From positions 6,959 to 70,958 of the forward strand of contig CAZJDL010000003.1 of the NCBI GenBank assembly GCA_964544755.1: a DNA stretch of 64,000 nucleotides, written 5' to 3'. Positions 37,336-46,935 of this stretch are shown in pieces. How positions within the stretch are numbered: the stretch's first letter is position 1; each line of letters starts with the position of its first letter. Under the pieces are notes generated by a model. The model was not told the DNA's origin. It saw only the letters and a program-made list of their open reading frames with translations, and ran no database searches. The position numbers and the translations under genes were made by a program. Source of the DNA: an uncultured Pseudomonadales bacterium. Lineage in GTDB: Bacteria; Pseudomonadota; Gammaproteobacteria; Pseudomonadales; JAUIET01.

Positions 37336-39450
37336 ATGAACAGCAGCAGTGCAGACATTAAGGAACACTCAGTGCAACAACGAAAACCCGCTTTGATGCA
37401 TTATTTTTATCAAACCTGTGTGAGTCTGGTGCTGTCGCTATGCCTGGTCTGCGGCGCTAACGCCAAGGAATGGACGCTTAACTTTAACGACGCCGACATC
37501 ACCGAGCTGATAAAATTTGTCGCCGATGCCACCGGCCAGACGATTATCATCGACCCGCAGATTAAAGGTAAGGTGAAAATCATTTCTTCTAAGCCGGTGG
37601 ACACCGAAGGGCTTAACGAGCTGTTTTTGTCGGTACTCAACGCGCAGGGTTTCGCGGCGATCAAGTCCGGCAATGTGTTGCGCATTGTGCAACGGAAAGA
37701 CGCGCGCTCGTCGCCGGTGCCTACCTCCGGCGGCAAAGGCGGTCAGATCGTCACCCATGTGATTCAGCTGCGTAATATTGCGGCCGCAAAACTGATACCC
37801 ATTCTGCGGCCCCTCGTACCCCAGCAAGCCCATATGGCAGCCTATGCGCCGAGCAATGCCATCATTATTTCCGACAGCGCGGCCAATATCGACCGTATCC
37901 GCGATGTCATTCGGCAGATCGACCGCTCCGCCAGTTCCGGCACATCCATCGTTGAGCTACAGCATGCGTCCGCCGAGGAAGTGGTGCGGCTGCTCGAAAC
38001 CCTGGAAAAAGCCGAAGCCGGTAAGGAAGGCGGCCAGGTGCGGGTACGGCTGGTTCCCGATTCCCGCACCAACAGTATTTTGATCACCGGCGAAGACACC
38101 GAGCGCAAACGCGTGCGTTCCCTGATCGAGCATCTTGATGCTCCGCTGGAGCAAAGCGGCACCGCGCGTGTTATTTATTTGAACTACGCCGATGCGGTTG
38201 TGCTGGCCGAAACGCTGAATCGCGTGGTGCAGAATGTATCCAAACTCGACGGCAAGAAAAAAGGCGGCAACGTGCCGGTCGACGCCAACAGCGCAAATAT
38301 AGAAGCCGACGAGGCTACCAACTCGCTGATTATTACGGCTGATGCGGCCATTATGCAAAATCTGGAATCCATCATTAAGCGGTTGGATATTCGCCGCCCG
38401 CAGGTGTTGGTGGAGGCGATTATCGTCGAGCTGGAGGCGATCGATAATAAAGACCTGGGTATCCAGTGGTTGTTTGCCGATGAGAGTGGGGTGTACGGCA
38501 GTTCTTCCAACGCAAATGGCACGTTGACGAATATTGCTGGTTCGGCGCTGGCGGTAGATAGAATAGACCAAGTGGAAAGAGTAACTGAAAACGGCATAAC
38601 TCGCGAGGTTCCGATTCAAGGTGAGTCAAACCTGACAGGTTTGGCTGCCGCCCTGGCGGGCAATGTCGGCCAGGCCCTGGGGGTGGGCAACCTCAAGGAA
38701 AGCGGCTTGAGCTTTACCGTATTGCTGAACGCCCTGCAAGAAGATACCGAAGCCAATATTTTATCCACGCCGAGTTTGCTGACGCTGGACAATAGCACTG
38801 CCTCCATTTCGGTGGGTCAGAACGTGCCGTTTCTGACTGGCAGTTTTACCAATGCCTCGGGTGGCGACGGCGCGACCAATCCGTTCCAGACCATCGAACG
38901 GCAAAATGTGGGTATCACCCTGAACGTGACCCCGCAGATCAACGAGGGTGATTCGGTGATACTGGAAATCGAGCAAGAGGTATCCAGCCTGACCGGTGAC
39001 GTGGCGTCCGACATTATTACCAACGAGCGCACCATCACGGCCACGGTATTGGCCAAAGACAATGAAATTATTGTGCTCGGCGGCCTGATCAAAGACGAAG
39101 TGCAGGAGTCGGTGCGCAAAGTGCCGTTTCTCGGCAGCATACCCGTCCTTGGCCGTTTGTTTCGCTCCGAAAACACATCGGTCAACAAGACCAATTTATA
39201 CGTATTTCTGCGGCCCCGAATCATCCGTGACTCGGCGACCATGAGCGGTGCGACAGCAGAAAAATACAAATATATTCGCACCCAGCAATTGAACAAGCAG
39301 TTGCGCGGCGTGAATCTGGTGCCGAGAAAGAACCTGCCGCTATTACCGGAGTGGGAACGGCAGAAGCAGCGCCTGGAGGAAAACGAAGCGGCGCCAATAG
39401 AAGCCCCCGAGCTACAAGAGCAAGAGCAACCCGAGCAGCAACCGCAATAG
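37336..39450 (+). CDS. gspD: type II secretion system secretin GspD
   Basis: N0-N3 domains, secretin core (ILSTPSLLTLDN..A.I.VGQNVPF) and S-domain region (VPFLGSIPVLGRLFRS). The start may be the internal ATG at 37396 (MHYFYQTCVSLVLSL...). Confidence 0.93.
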   Translation: MNSSSADIKEHSVQQRKPALMHYFYQTCVSLVLSLCLVCGANAKEWTLNFNDADITELIKFVADATGQTIIIDPQIKGKVKIISSKPVDTEGLNELFLSVLNAQGFAAIKSGNVLRIVQRKDARSSPVPTSGGKGGQIVTHVIQLRNIAAAKLIPILRPLVPQQAHMAAYAPSNAIIISDSAANIDRIRDVIRQIDRSASSGTSIVELQHASAEEVVRLLETLEKAEAGKEGGQVRVRLVPDSRTNSILITGEDTERKRVRSLIEHLDAPLEQSGTARVIYLNYADAVVLAETLNRVVQNVSKLDGKKKGGNVPVDANSANIEADEATNSLIITADAAIMQNLESIIKRLDIRRPQVLVEAIIVELEAIDNKDLGIQWLFADESGVYGSSSNANGTLTNIAGSALAVDRIDQVERVTENGITREVPIQGESNLTGLAAALAGNVGQALGVGNLKESGLSFTVLLNALQEDTEANILSTPSLLTLDNSTASISVGQNVPFLTGSFTNASGGDGATNPFQTIERQNVGITLNVTPQINEGDSVILEIEQEVSSLTGDVASDIITNERTITATVLAKDNEIIVLGGLIKDEVQESVRKVPFLGSIPVLGRLFRSENTSVNKTNLYVFLRPRIIRDSATMSGATAEKYKYIRTQQLNKQLRGVNLVPRKNLPLLPEWERQKQRLEENEAAPIEAPELQEQEQPEQQPQ

Positions 39451-39458
39451 GCGCAACA

Positions 39459-40991
39459 ATGACTAACGTCGTGAGCCTGGAGACCGCACAACTCGATACC
39501 GAAGCCACGGTAGAAGTCGCGCAGCCAGTTGCCAAGACCCTGCCGTTTGCTTACGCCAGCCAAATGGGCGTGTTACTGGAGTATATCGACGACGCTCCGA
39601 CCTTGCACTATTTGCCCTCCATCAGCCTCGACACGCTGGCCGAAGTGCAGCGTTTCCTGAGCTGCGAGTTTCGCGCCCGGCCTATCGGCGAGGCGGTATT
39701 CAAGGAAAAGCTGACCCAGCTGTACCAGCGCTCCAAAAACGAAGCGATTCAAATGGCCGAGAATCTCGACGCCGACATGGACCTCAGCCGCCTGGCCGAA
39801 GAAATTCCCACCACCAGCGACTTGATGGACGCGGAACAAGACGCGCCGGTGATCCGCCTGATCAACGCGCTGCTGTCGCAGGCGATTCGTGAGCAGGCGT
39901 CGGATATTCATATCGAAACCTTCGAAGACAACCTGGTTGTGCGCTTTCGCATCGACGGCGTACTGCAGGAAGTGTTGTCGCCGCGCCGCGCCCTGGCGCC
40001 GCTGTTGGTGTCGCGCCTGAAAGTCATGGCAAAACTGGACATCGCCGAGAAACGCGTACCGCAGGATGGCCGCATCTCGGTCAAAATTGCCGGCCACGCC
40101 GTGGATATTCGCGTGTCGACCATCCCCTCGGTGCATGGTGAGCGCGTTGTACTGCGCCTGTTAGACAAACAAGCCGGTCAGCTCGAGTTGGCGCAGTTGC
40201 GCATGAACCCGGTCGTCAGGGAGCGTTTTGAAACGGCGCTACGGCAACCACATGGCGTCATCCTGGTCACCGGCCCGACTGGTTCGGGTAAAACCACGAC
40301 GCTGTACGCCGGCTTGACCCATATCAATGAAACCAGCCGCAATATTCTCACCATCGAAGACCCGATCGAATACATGTTGCGCGGCATCGGCCAAACGCAA
40401 GTGAACACCAAAGCCGGCATGACTTTCGCGCGCGGCTTGAGGGCCATTTTGCGGCAAGATCCCGACGTGGTGATGGTCGGCGAGATTCGCGATATCGAAA
40501 CCGCCGAGATCGCCGTGCAGGCCAGCTTGACCGGCCACCTGGTGTTATCGACATTGCACACTAATACGGCGATTGGCGCCGTCACGCGGTTGCATGATAT
40601 GGGCGTTGAGCCCTTTCTGTTATCTTCCAGCCTGGTCGCGGTGATGGCGCAGCGACTGGTGCGCATTTTGTGCGATGAGTGTAAGCAGCCGTATAAGCCC
40701 GAGGGGGCGACACTGGACTTGCTGGGTGCTGATAGCGGCACCCAGGAAATTTATAAACCGAATGGCTGCAAGGCCTGCAATAATTCGGGTTACCGTGGCC
40801 GCACCGGTATTTACGAGCTTATCTCAATTGACGATCAGTTACGCAGTCTCATCCATGAAGGCGCCGCCGAACAGGAGTTGACCCGTTACGCCCGACAGCA
40901 CAGCCAAAGCATTGCCGACCATGGCCGTGAACGCATACTTGCCGGCGAAACCTCCATCGAAGAAGTCATGCGCGTGACGAGCGCGAGTTAG
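39459..40991 (+). CDS. gspE: type II secretion system ATPase GspE
   Basis: Walker A GPTGSGKTT, Asp/His boxes, Walker B, and a tetracysteine motif (CDEC...CKAC). ATG at 39459 just after the gspD stop. The track's 39351 start runs inside gspD. Confidence 0.93.
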   Translation: MTNVVSLETAQLDTEATVEVAQPVAKTLPFAYASQMGVLLEYIDDAPTLHYLPSISLDTLAEVQRFLSCEFRARPIGEAVFKEKLTQLYQRSKNEAIQMAENLDADMDLSRLAEEIPTTSDLMDAEQDAPVIRLINALLSQAIREQASDIHIETFEDNLVVRFRIDGVLQEVLSPRRALAPLLVSRLKVMAKLDIAEKRVPQDGRISVKIAGHAVDIRVSTIPSVHGERVVLRLLDKQAGQLELAQLRMNPVVRERFETALRQPHGVILVTGPTGSGKTTTLYAGLTHINETSRNILTIEDPIEYMLRGIGQTQVNTKAGMTFARGLRAILRQDPDVVMVGEIRDIETAEIAVQASLTGHLVLSTLHTNTAIGAVTRLHDMGVEPFLLSSSLVAVMAQRLVRILCDECKQPYKPEGATLDLLGADSGTQEIYKPNGCKACNNSGYRGRTGIYELISIDDQLRSLIHEGAAEQELTRYARQHSQSIADHGRERILAGETSIEEVMRVTSAS

Positions 40992-40993
40992 CA

Positions 40994-42211
40994 ATGCCTG
41001 CTTTTAGTTATCAAGCGTTGGACGGAGACGGTCGCAAAATTCGCGGTGTGCTCGAGGGTGACTCGTTACGCCAGATTCGCAGCCAACTACGCGATAAAAG
41101 CCTGAAACCCATTGCGGTAGAGGCCGCCAAAACAGTCGACGGTGCGCGCGGTGGTATGAGCTTGTTGCGTGGCAAGCGTATTCGTTTTAGCGAGCTGGTG
41201 CTATTGACGCGCCATTTGGCGACTCTGATCCAATCGCATTTACCCATCGACGAATCCTTGAAGGCGGCGGCGCAGCAAAGCCGGCGCGCGCGGGTAGAGG
41301 GCATGTTGCTGGACGTACGCTCAAGAGTGACCGAAGGTCATACGCTGGCCTATGCACTGGGCGAATTTCCGCACGTGTTTAACGATATGTACCGCGCCAT
41401 GGTCAAGGCGGGCGAACACTCGGGTTTTCTAGGCCTGGTGTTGGAGCGTCTCGCCGACTACACCGAAACGCGGCAGTTCACCCAGCAAAAAATGAAAATG
41501 GCGATGGTTTACCCGATGATTCTTATTTGCGTCGCTATCGCTGTGGTCGGTGGGCTGATGGTATATGTGGTTCCGGATCTGATTCGCATCTTTCAAAACA
41601 GCCAGGCCGAGCTGCCTCCGTTGACGGTGGGTTTGATTGCCATCAGTGATTTTCTGTCAAACTATGGGCTGCTGTGTTTGTTGCTTATTGCGCTTGCAGT
41701 CGTGGGGTTCAAGTTCGCCATGCGCAAACCCGAGCTTCAAAAAAAATGGCATACGATACTGCTGCGCCTGCCCCTCATCGGAGACCTGGTTCGCAGCGTC
41801 GAAGCCGCGCGTTTCGCCAGCACCTTGAACATTTTGATCGCCAGCAGCGTACCCTTGCTGGATGCATTGCACATTGCCGCCGAAGTAGTCAGCAACCTGA
41901 CCATGCGCGCAGCGGTGGCGAAGGCCGCCATGCACGTGCAGGAGGGTATCAGTCTGCACAAGGCGCTGGAAAACACCGCCGTTTTCCCGCCGATGATGGT
42001 GCATATGATCGCCAGCGGCGAAATGAGCGGTGAGCTTGAAGCCATGTTGCAACGTTCGGCGCTCAATCAACAGCGCGAGCTGGATATGAACGTGAACACA
42101 ATGATGAGCATTTTCGAGCCGGTGCTGGTGGTGGCGATGGGGGGGGTGGTGTTGTTGATTGTGTTGGCGATTTTGATGCCCATTTTTGGTTTGAATAATT
42201 TGATTAACTAG
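40994..42211 (+). CDS. gspF: type II secretion system inner-membrane platform protein GspF
   Basis: 405 aa. MPAFSYQALDGDGRKIRGVLEGDS N-terminus and duplicated T2SSF domains with 3 TM helices. Confidence 0.93.
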   Translation: MPAFSYQALDGDGRKIRGVLEGDSLRQIRSQLRDKSLKPIAVEAAKTVDGARGGMSLLRGKRIRFSELVLLTRHLATLIQSHLPIDESLKAAAQQSRRARVEGMLLDVRSRVTEGHTLAYALGEFPHVFNDMYRAMVKAGEHSGFLGLVLERLADYTETRQFTQQKMKMAMVYPMILICVAIAVVGGLMVYVVPDLIRIFQNSQAELPPLTVGLIAISDFLSNYGLLCLLLIALAVVGFKFAMRKPELQKKWHTILLRLPLIGDLVRSVEAARFASTLNILIASSVPLLDALHIAAEVVSNLTMRAAVAKAAMHVQEGISLHKALENTAVFPPMMVHMIASGEMSGELEAMLQRSALNQQRELDMNVNTMMSIFEPVLVVAMGGVVLLIVLAILMPIFGLNNLIN

Positions 42212-42325
42212 CGTGCAGTTTGTTCGTTACAGTGGGCTAGGTTTTGTATTATGATTTTGGTAACTTTGTGGCCACTAACGCAAGGCCGATAACGGTCAAG
42301 TGTCAATGGCGCAAGCTCACAGATC

Positions 42326-42436
42326 GGGCTGAACAGAGTGGAAATTTCCGGAACACGCCGTGAATACGTCCTTGTAGGCTCGATCCCTGGCATCCCTGCC
42401 AGGGACGGCCCCGGAAATCCCCCCTCAATTCAGCCC
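42326..42436. repeat. imperfect-palindrome REP/MITE-like element in the gspF-gspG spacer
   Basis: Terminal gggctgaa (42326-42333) / ttcagccc (42429-42436). ggaaatttccgg against ccggaaatcc. Perfect central hairpin ccctggca-tccc-tgccaggg (42385-42404). The left arm carries an extra ~30 nt. Confidence 0.55.
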
Positions 42437-42515
42437 TTATCAGCTCCGACTGGGCTTATGTAGTAGCCATTCGGGTCAAATGTATTGGTACGATGTATTG
42501 GGGAAGAAGGACAAG

Positions 42516-42956
42516 ATGAGAAAGCATCTAGCAAAAGGCTTTAGCCTGTTGGAAATTCTGGTGGTGCTGGTGATCATGGGTATTTTGGTCAGCCTGGTCG
42601 CACCCACGGTATTGAACCGGGTCGATGACGCGCGCCTGCAAAAAGCCTCCGCCGATTTTAAAGCCATTGAAACGGCCTTGAAAATTTATCACCTCGACAA
42701 TTTCAATTACCCGTCCAACGAGCAGGGTTTGCAAGCGCTGGTGACGAAGCCCTCGGACGATCCCGAGCCGCGTAACTGGAAGCAGGGCGGTTACCTGCCC
42801 GAGCTGCCGGTAGACCCTTGGGGTAATCCGTACCTGTATGTGTATCCCGGTGAGAATGGCGAATTTGATATTTATACCTTGGGTGCAGACCGCACCGCCG
42901 GGGGCGATGGTCAAAATGCCGACCTGGGCAATTGGAAAGAAGATACAGCAGGGTAG
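42516..42956 (+). CDS. gspG: type II secretion major pseudopilin GspG
   Basis: Prepilin leader MRKHLAKG|FSLLEILVVLVIMGIL. Conserved GspG core (YHLDN..YPS..QGL.AL..KP...P...W...GYL...P.DPWGN.Y.Y..PG..G.FD). Confidence 0.95.
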   Translation: MRKHLAKGFSLLEILVVLVIMGILVSLVAPTVLNRVDDARLQKASADFKAIETALKIYHLDNFNYPSNEQGLQALVTKPSDDPEPRNWKQGGYLPELPVDPWGNPYLYVYPGENGEFDIYTLGADRTAGGDGQNADLGNWKEDTAG

Positions 42957-42984
42957 GGCCGCGGCCCGCCGGCGAGCACAACAC

Positions 42985-43587
42985 ATGAGAGTGCGCGGCT
43001 TTACGCTGCTTGAAATACTGGTCATGATGGTGGTGATAGGTATTACCATCAGCTTTGTCACCCTGTCTATTGGCGTTGGCGGCCGGCCGGTCGAGTTGCA
43101 AGCCGAGGCGGAGAAATTAACCGGTATGTTGCAACTGGCGCTGGAAGAGTCCGTGCTAACCGGCAAACCGCTGGGCTTGCGCATTAACGAAACACTGGAG
43201 CGCGACGGCACACGGTTTGTCTACGAGTGGTCGGTGTTGGAGCAAGGTACATGGCAAGTGCTCGAGCAGCACCCCGTGTTACAAGACGGGCAAACGGCGG
43301 AGGGTGTTGAGCTGGATCTGACTCTCGAAGGAATTGAAATTAAATTGCTGCAAGTGCAGGACAGCAAAGACAGCAAAGACAGCAAAAAAGACAGTAAAGA
43401 CGACTCCAAGCTGAAAGAAAGCTACCAACCCGACATATTTATTTTGCAAAGCGGCGAGCTAACACCCTTCACTCTGCACATCAGCAATCCGGAGCTGCCG
43501 GGCCAGGTGTATCGCATCACTGGCAATCCAGTGGGCGCTTTGCGCCTGCTGCGCCCGGGCGACGAACAAGATGAAGAACAACAGTAA
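42985..43587 (+). CDS. gspH: type II secretion minor pseudopilin GspH
   Basis: Prepilin-type N-terminus MRVRG|FTLLEILVMMVVIGI. Position between gspG and gspI. The ATG at 42985 is preferred over the track's 42838. Confidence 0.85.
   Translation: MRVRGFTLLEILVMMVVIGITISFVTLSIGVGGRPVELQAEAEKLTGMLQLALEESVLTGKPLGLRINETLERDGTRFVYEWSVLEQGTWQVLEQHPVLQDGQTAEGVELDLTLEGIEIKLLQVQDSKDSKDSKKDSKDDSKLKESYQPDIFILQSGELTPFTLHISNPELPGQVYRITGNPVGALRLLRPGDEQDEEQQ
43360..43410 (+). repeat. in-frame 9-bp tandem repeat (gacagcaaa x3 plus degenerate units) inside gspH
   Basis: gacagcaaa at 43360, 43369 and 43378, followed by aaagacagtaaagacgactccaag. Encodes DSKDSKDSKKDSKDDSK. Confidence 0.85.
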
Positions 43588-43975
43588 GGGCTTCACATTG
43601 GTCGAAGTGTTAGTCGCGCTGGCGGTGCTCGCCATTGCGCTGCCGGCCTTGCTGTTTAATATCGCCGAGCAACTCAGCAGCCTCGACTATATGCGCGAAA
43701 AGTCGATGGCGCATTGGGTGGCGATGAACAAAATGACCGAGCTGCGCTTGCAGAACGAACATCTCGATTATCTGCCGCGGGACAAACTAAACGGTTCTTC
43801 CATGCTGGCCGAGCGTGAGTGGTTCTGGACAGTCGAAACCAAAAAAACGGTGAGTGATATTGTGCTGCGTGTCGATATCAAGGTGCGCAAAACCGACGAC
43901 GACAAAGATCAGGCGCTCGCAACGGTCAGCAATTATTTTCAACTGCCGGTCGATACGACGCTTGCCCGACCATGA
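43571..43975 (+). CDS. gspI: type II secretion minor pseudopilin GspI
   Basis: Leader MKNNSKG|FTLVEVLVALAVLAI. 134 aa, the expected position and size. Confidence 0.88.
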   Translation: MKNNSKGFTLVEVLVALAVLAIALPALLFNIAEQLSSLDYMREKSMAHWVAMNKMTELRLQNEHLDYLPRDKLNGSSMLAEREWFWTVETKKTVSDIVLRVDIKVRKTDDDKDQALATVSNYFQLPVDTTLARP

Positions 43976-44625
43976 ATGAGCGCGAGCGCGGCTTTACCCT
44001 GATCGAAGTGCTGGTGGCCAGTGCTTTGACGGCATTGATCGGCGTGATCGCCTATAGCTTTTTAAGTACCGCACTGGATGCGCAGGCCAGCCAGCAGGCG
44101 CAGGCCGACCGGCTGAATGAAATCAATTTGTTTTTCACCGCGCTGGCGCGTGATGTACGCCAGGCCGTTGATCGTGAAATACGTGATGAGCTGGGCGAAA
44201 CCGAAGCGGCCGTGCTCGGTGGAACGGGCACCGAATACCTGCTCAGCCTGACCCGTGGTGGCTGGTACAATCCGCGCGCCGTGGCGCGTAGCAGTTTGCA
44301 GCGCGTGGCCTATGGCTTGAACGATGAACAGCAGGTCGAGCGGGTCGCCTGGCATATGCTCGACCGGGCGTCGGAGCAGAATGTTTATAAAGCCGTTGTA
44401 TTAAGCGCTGTGGAAGAAATCTATTTTCGCTTTCTGGCGCGCGAAGAAGTGCGTGTCGACCCCGATGATGTCGGCAAAACCTGGCGCGAAAGATGGCCAG
44501 TTGAAGACGTGTCGCTTGGCGGTCAAACCGACCAGCCGCTGCCGGTGGCGATCGAGATCACCCTCACGCTGCAAGACCTTGGCGAAATCCGGCGCATCTT
44601 TGCGCTGGCGGTAGAGAAGCCGTAA
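43972..44625 (+). CDS. gspJ: type II secretion minor pseudopilin GspJ
   Basis: Leader MNERERG|FTLIEVLVASAL. 217 aa. ATGA overlap with gspI. Confidence 0.88.
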   Translation: MNERERGFTLIEVLVASALTALIGVIAYSFLSTALDAQASQQAQADRLNEINLFFTALARDVRQAVDREIRDELGETEAAVLGGTGTEYLLSLTRGGWYNPRAVARSSLQRVAYGLNDEQQVERVAWHMLDRASEQNVYKAVVLSAVEEIYFRFLAREEVRVDPDDVGKTWRERWPVEDVSLGGQTDQPLPVAIEITLTLQDLGEIRRIFALAVEKP

Positions 44626-45686
44626 TGCGCGCAGCCAACCGCAGTCGTGGCGCCGCCTTGCTGGTGGCCATGCTGGTCGCAGCGCTGGTTGCCGTAATCG
44701 CTACCAAGGTCGGCAGCCATTACCTCCTCAGCTTTCGGCGCAGCTCGAATATGCTGCTGGGCGATCAGGGTTATTTGTACCTGCTCAGCGCCGAGGCGTT
44801 GGCGAAAAACGTGTTAATTGCCGATGAAGACAGGGAAGCCGATCACCTCGGTGAAGCGTGGGCGCAGCAAGTGGAGCCGTATGTGATCGATGGTGGTTTG
44901 TTAACCGGTCAGATTTATGATTTGCAGGCGCGGTTTAATTTAAACAACTTGAAGGATGAGCGTCCGTCCGTTCAGGGGTCACGAAGCCCCGCTGCCGAGC
45001 AAATGATTTTTATGCGCTTGCTGCGAACCTTTGACGAGATCGAAGTCACCGAACAGCAGGCGCAGGAGATTACCAACGCGGCTATCGACTGGCTGGATGC
45101 AGACGCAGAGCCAACGGGCTTTAGCGGCGCCGAGGATGACTACTATACCGACCTTGATATTCCCTACCGCGCCGCCAACCGGCAGATGCTTAGCGCCAGT
45201 GAATTACGCCTGGTGCAAGGCATGACGCCAGAATTGTATCAGGCGTTGGCGCCGCATATCGTGGCGTTGCCGACTCGTACGCTGATCAATACCAACACGG
45301 CGACCGTCAATGTACTGCGTAGCGTGGAGCCCGCGGAATCCGGCAGCCAATATGAACCACAAAGTCTGGAGGCCATTCAGCCATTGCTCGAGCGACGCGA
45401 GGAACAAATGCAGCTGAACACCGACGGCATTGATCCGGGTGTTGGTGGAGCCGATAACCAGCAAAATTCCCGCTCTGGGACCGAAGGTGGAGGGGGCGGT
45501 AGCAATAAAAAAAACAGGCCTAAGATCAGTACAAACAGCAACTACTTCCTGTTCGACGGCCTGGTCAAACTCGGTGATTTAACCCTGCCTATCAAGTCCA
45601 TACTCCATCGCGAAGGCGGTGATGGCCAAGCGGGCGCTACTAAAATCCAGGTTAGCGTGATCCGGCGCAGCCTGGGCAGTCTATAA
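44625..45686 (+). CDS. gspK: type II secretion minor pseudopilin GspK
   Basis: RGAALLVAMLVAALVAVI N-terminus without the Glu5 residue. GspK-type helix-hairpin-helix region (ELRLVQGMTPELYQALAPHIVALP). TAATG overlap with gspJ. Confidence 0.88.
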   Translation: MRAANRSRGAALLVAMLVAALVAVIATKVGSHYLLSFRRSSNMLLGDQGYLYLLSAEALAKNVLIADEDREADHLGEAWAQQVEPYVIDGGLLTGQIYDLQARFNLNNLKDERPSVQGSRSPAAEQMIFMRLLRTFDEIEVTEQQAQEITNAAIDWLDADAEPTGFSGAEDDYYTDLDIPYRAANRQMLSASELRLVQGMTPELYQALAPHIVALPTRTLINTNTATVNVLRSVEPAESGSQYEPQSLEAIQPLLERREEQMQLNTDGIDPGVGGADNQQNSRSGTEGGGGGSNKKNRPKISTNSNYFLFDGLVKLGDLTLPIKSILHREGGDGQAGATKIQVSVIRRSLGSL

Positions 45687-45711
45687 TGATATCCACAGCG
45701 GGGATGCGACA

Positions 45712-46935
45712 TTGAAAAAAAGATTGCTACTGCAATACAACACCGCTACCAATCTGTGGCGCTGGCTGTATTTTACCGACAGCGGGCAGCCCGGCTTGCC
45801 GGCCCGCGATGGCCGGCTTGACGATCTGGCCACCGAATTACAGCAAGCCGGCGCCGACGTGGTATTGCTGGTGCCGTCGGCCGACGTAGTGTTGCGCCGT
45901 ATCGCGTTCAGCGCAGGGGAACGCCGCCATGTGCTCAAGACCGCGCGCTTCGACCTTGAAGAACAGTTGATCAGCGATGTCGACGAATTGCATTTCGCCT
46001 ATGCCAAACCCGGCGCCAGCGAGCTTGACGTTGCCATAGTGGCCGCACACAAACTGCAAAGCTGGCTGGCCCCGCTGCAGGAGCGGCAATTAAATGTCGT
46101 TGCCGTACTGTCGGCCCAAATGGCCTTGCCGCACAATAACGACGGCTGGGTAGCGACCGAGGAAGACAATCGGCTGAGCGTAAAAACCGCTGCCTTGCGG
46201 GGCTTTAGCGTGCAACACGACGTCGCCCAACTCGCCTGGGATTTGTGTACCCGCGAGCACGAACAACTGCCAGAAAAGATCAGGATATTTGCCGGGCGGC
46301 GCGCGCTTGAAGAACAAATTCTACCCGCCATGCCGCCGGTACTGGCACAGCGGGTCGAGGCGCAACAAAACTCATGGTGGGCTGAGGTCAGCTGGGCCAG
46401 CCTGGTAAAAACGCCGTTAAATCTGTTGCAGGGAGAATTTAGCCCCAGCGTCGCCTGGGGTAAAATGTGGCGTTTTTGGCGCGCCGCCGTGCTATTGCTA
46501 GGGGGTGCTGCGCTATTGCAAATAGCGGTCGCATGCGCACAAAACGTCAAGCTGGAGAATGAAAACCTGCGCCTGCGGCAGGAGATAAGCGCGGTTTACC
46601 AGCAGGCTTTTCCCAATAGCCCGGTGACTGATCCGGAAAAACAAATGCGCAGCCAGCTCAAACGTTTACAGTCGGGCGCGCAGAGCACAAATTTTTTACC
46701 GCTGTTCTATAAAACCAGCAAAACACTGGCGCAGTTTGATGATTTGCAACTGTTGAGTATAAACTATGACAGTCGGGCGGATGAGTTGCGCGCCGACTTG
46801 CTGGCGAAAAAGTTTCAGGACCTTGACCGGGTGCGCGCGGCACTGGGCAAGCAGGCCATCGACGCACAATTGGTGAACAGCAACAGGGTCGATGACGGCG
46901 TGCGCGCACGGATGAAGTTTCGGAGCAAGTCATGA
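45712..46935 (+). CDS. gspL: type II secretion system protein GspL
   Basis: 407 aa. Cytoplasmic actin-like N-domain, a single TM helix (FWRAAVLLLGGAALLQIAV) and a periplasmic C-domain. Position between gspK and gspM. TTG start is uncertain. Confidence 0.82.
   Translation: MKKRLLLQYNTATNLWRWLYFTDSGQPGLPARDGRLDDLATELQQAGADVVLLVPSADVVLRRIAFSAGERRHVLKTARFDLEEQLISDVDELHFAYAKPGASELDVAIVAAHKLQSWLAPLQERQLNVVAVLSAQMALPHNNDGWVATEEDNRLSVKTAALRGFSVQHDVAQLAWDLCTREHEQLPEKIRIFAGRRALEEQILPAMPPVLAQRVEAQQNSWWAEVSWASLVKTPLNLLQGEFSPSVAWGKMWRFWRAAVLLLGGAALLQIAVACAQNVKLENENLRLRQEISAVYQQAFPNSPVTDPEKQMRSQLKRLQSGAQSTNFLPLFYKTSKTLAQFDDLQLLSINYDSRADELRADLLAKKFQDLDRVRAALGKQAIDAQLVNSNRVDDGVRARMKFRSKS

Noticed and set aside
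39351-39458. N-terminal extension of gspE in the ORF track (start at 39351)
   Set aside because: The extension overlaps the last 100 nt of gspD and encodes Arg/Ala-rich junk. The ATG at 39459, just after the gspD stop, yields the normal GspE N-terminus.
38817-39563. 248-aa minus-strand ORF spanning the gspD/gspE junction; also 37957-38619, 42528-43211, 47547-48182, 45999-46550, 40178-40741 and 39573-40136
   Set aside because: All are antisense to strongly supported gsp genes, have Cys/Ser/Arg-rich composition and show no motifs. They are GC-driven shadow ORFs.
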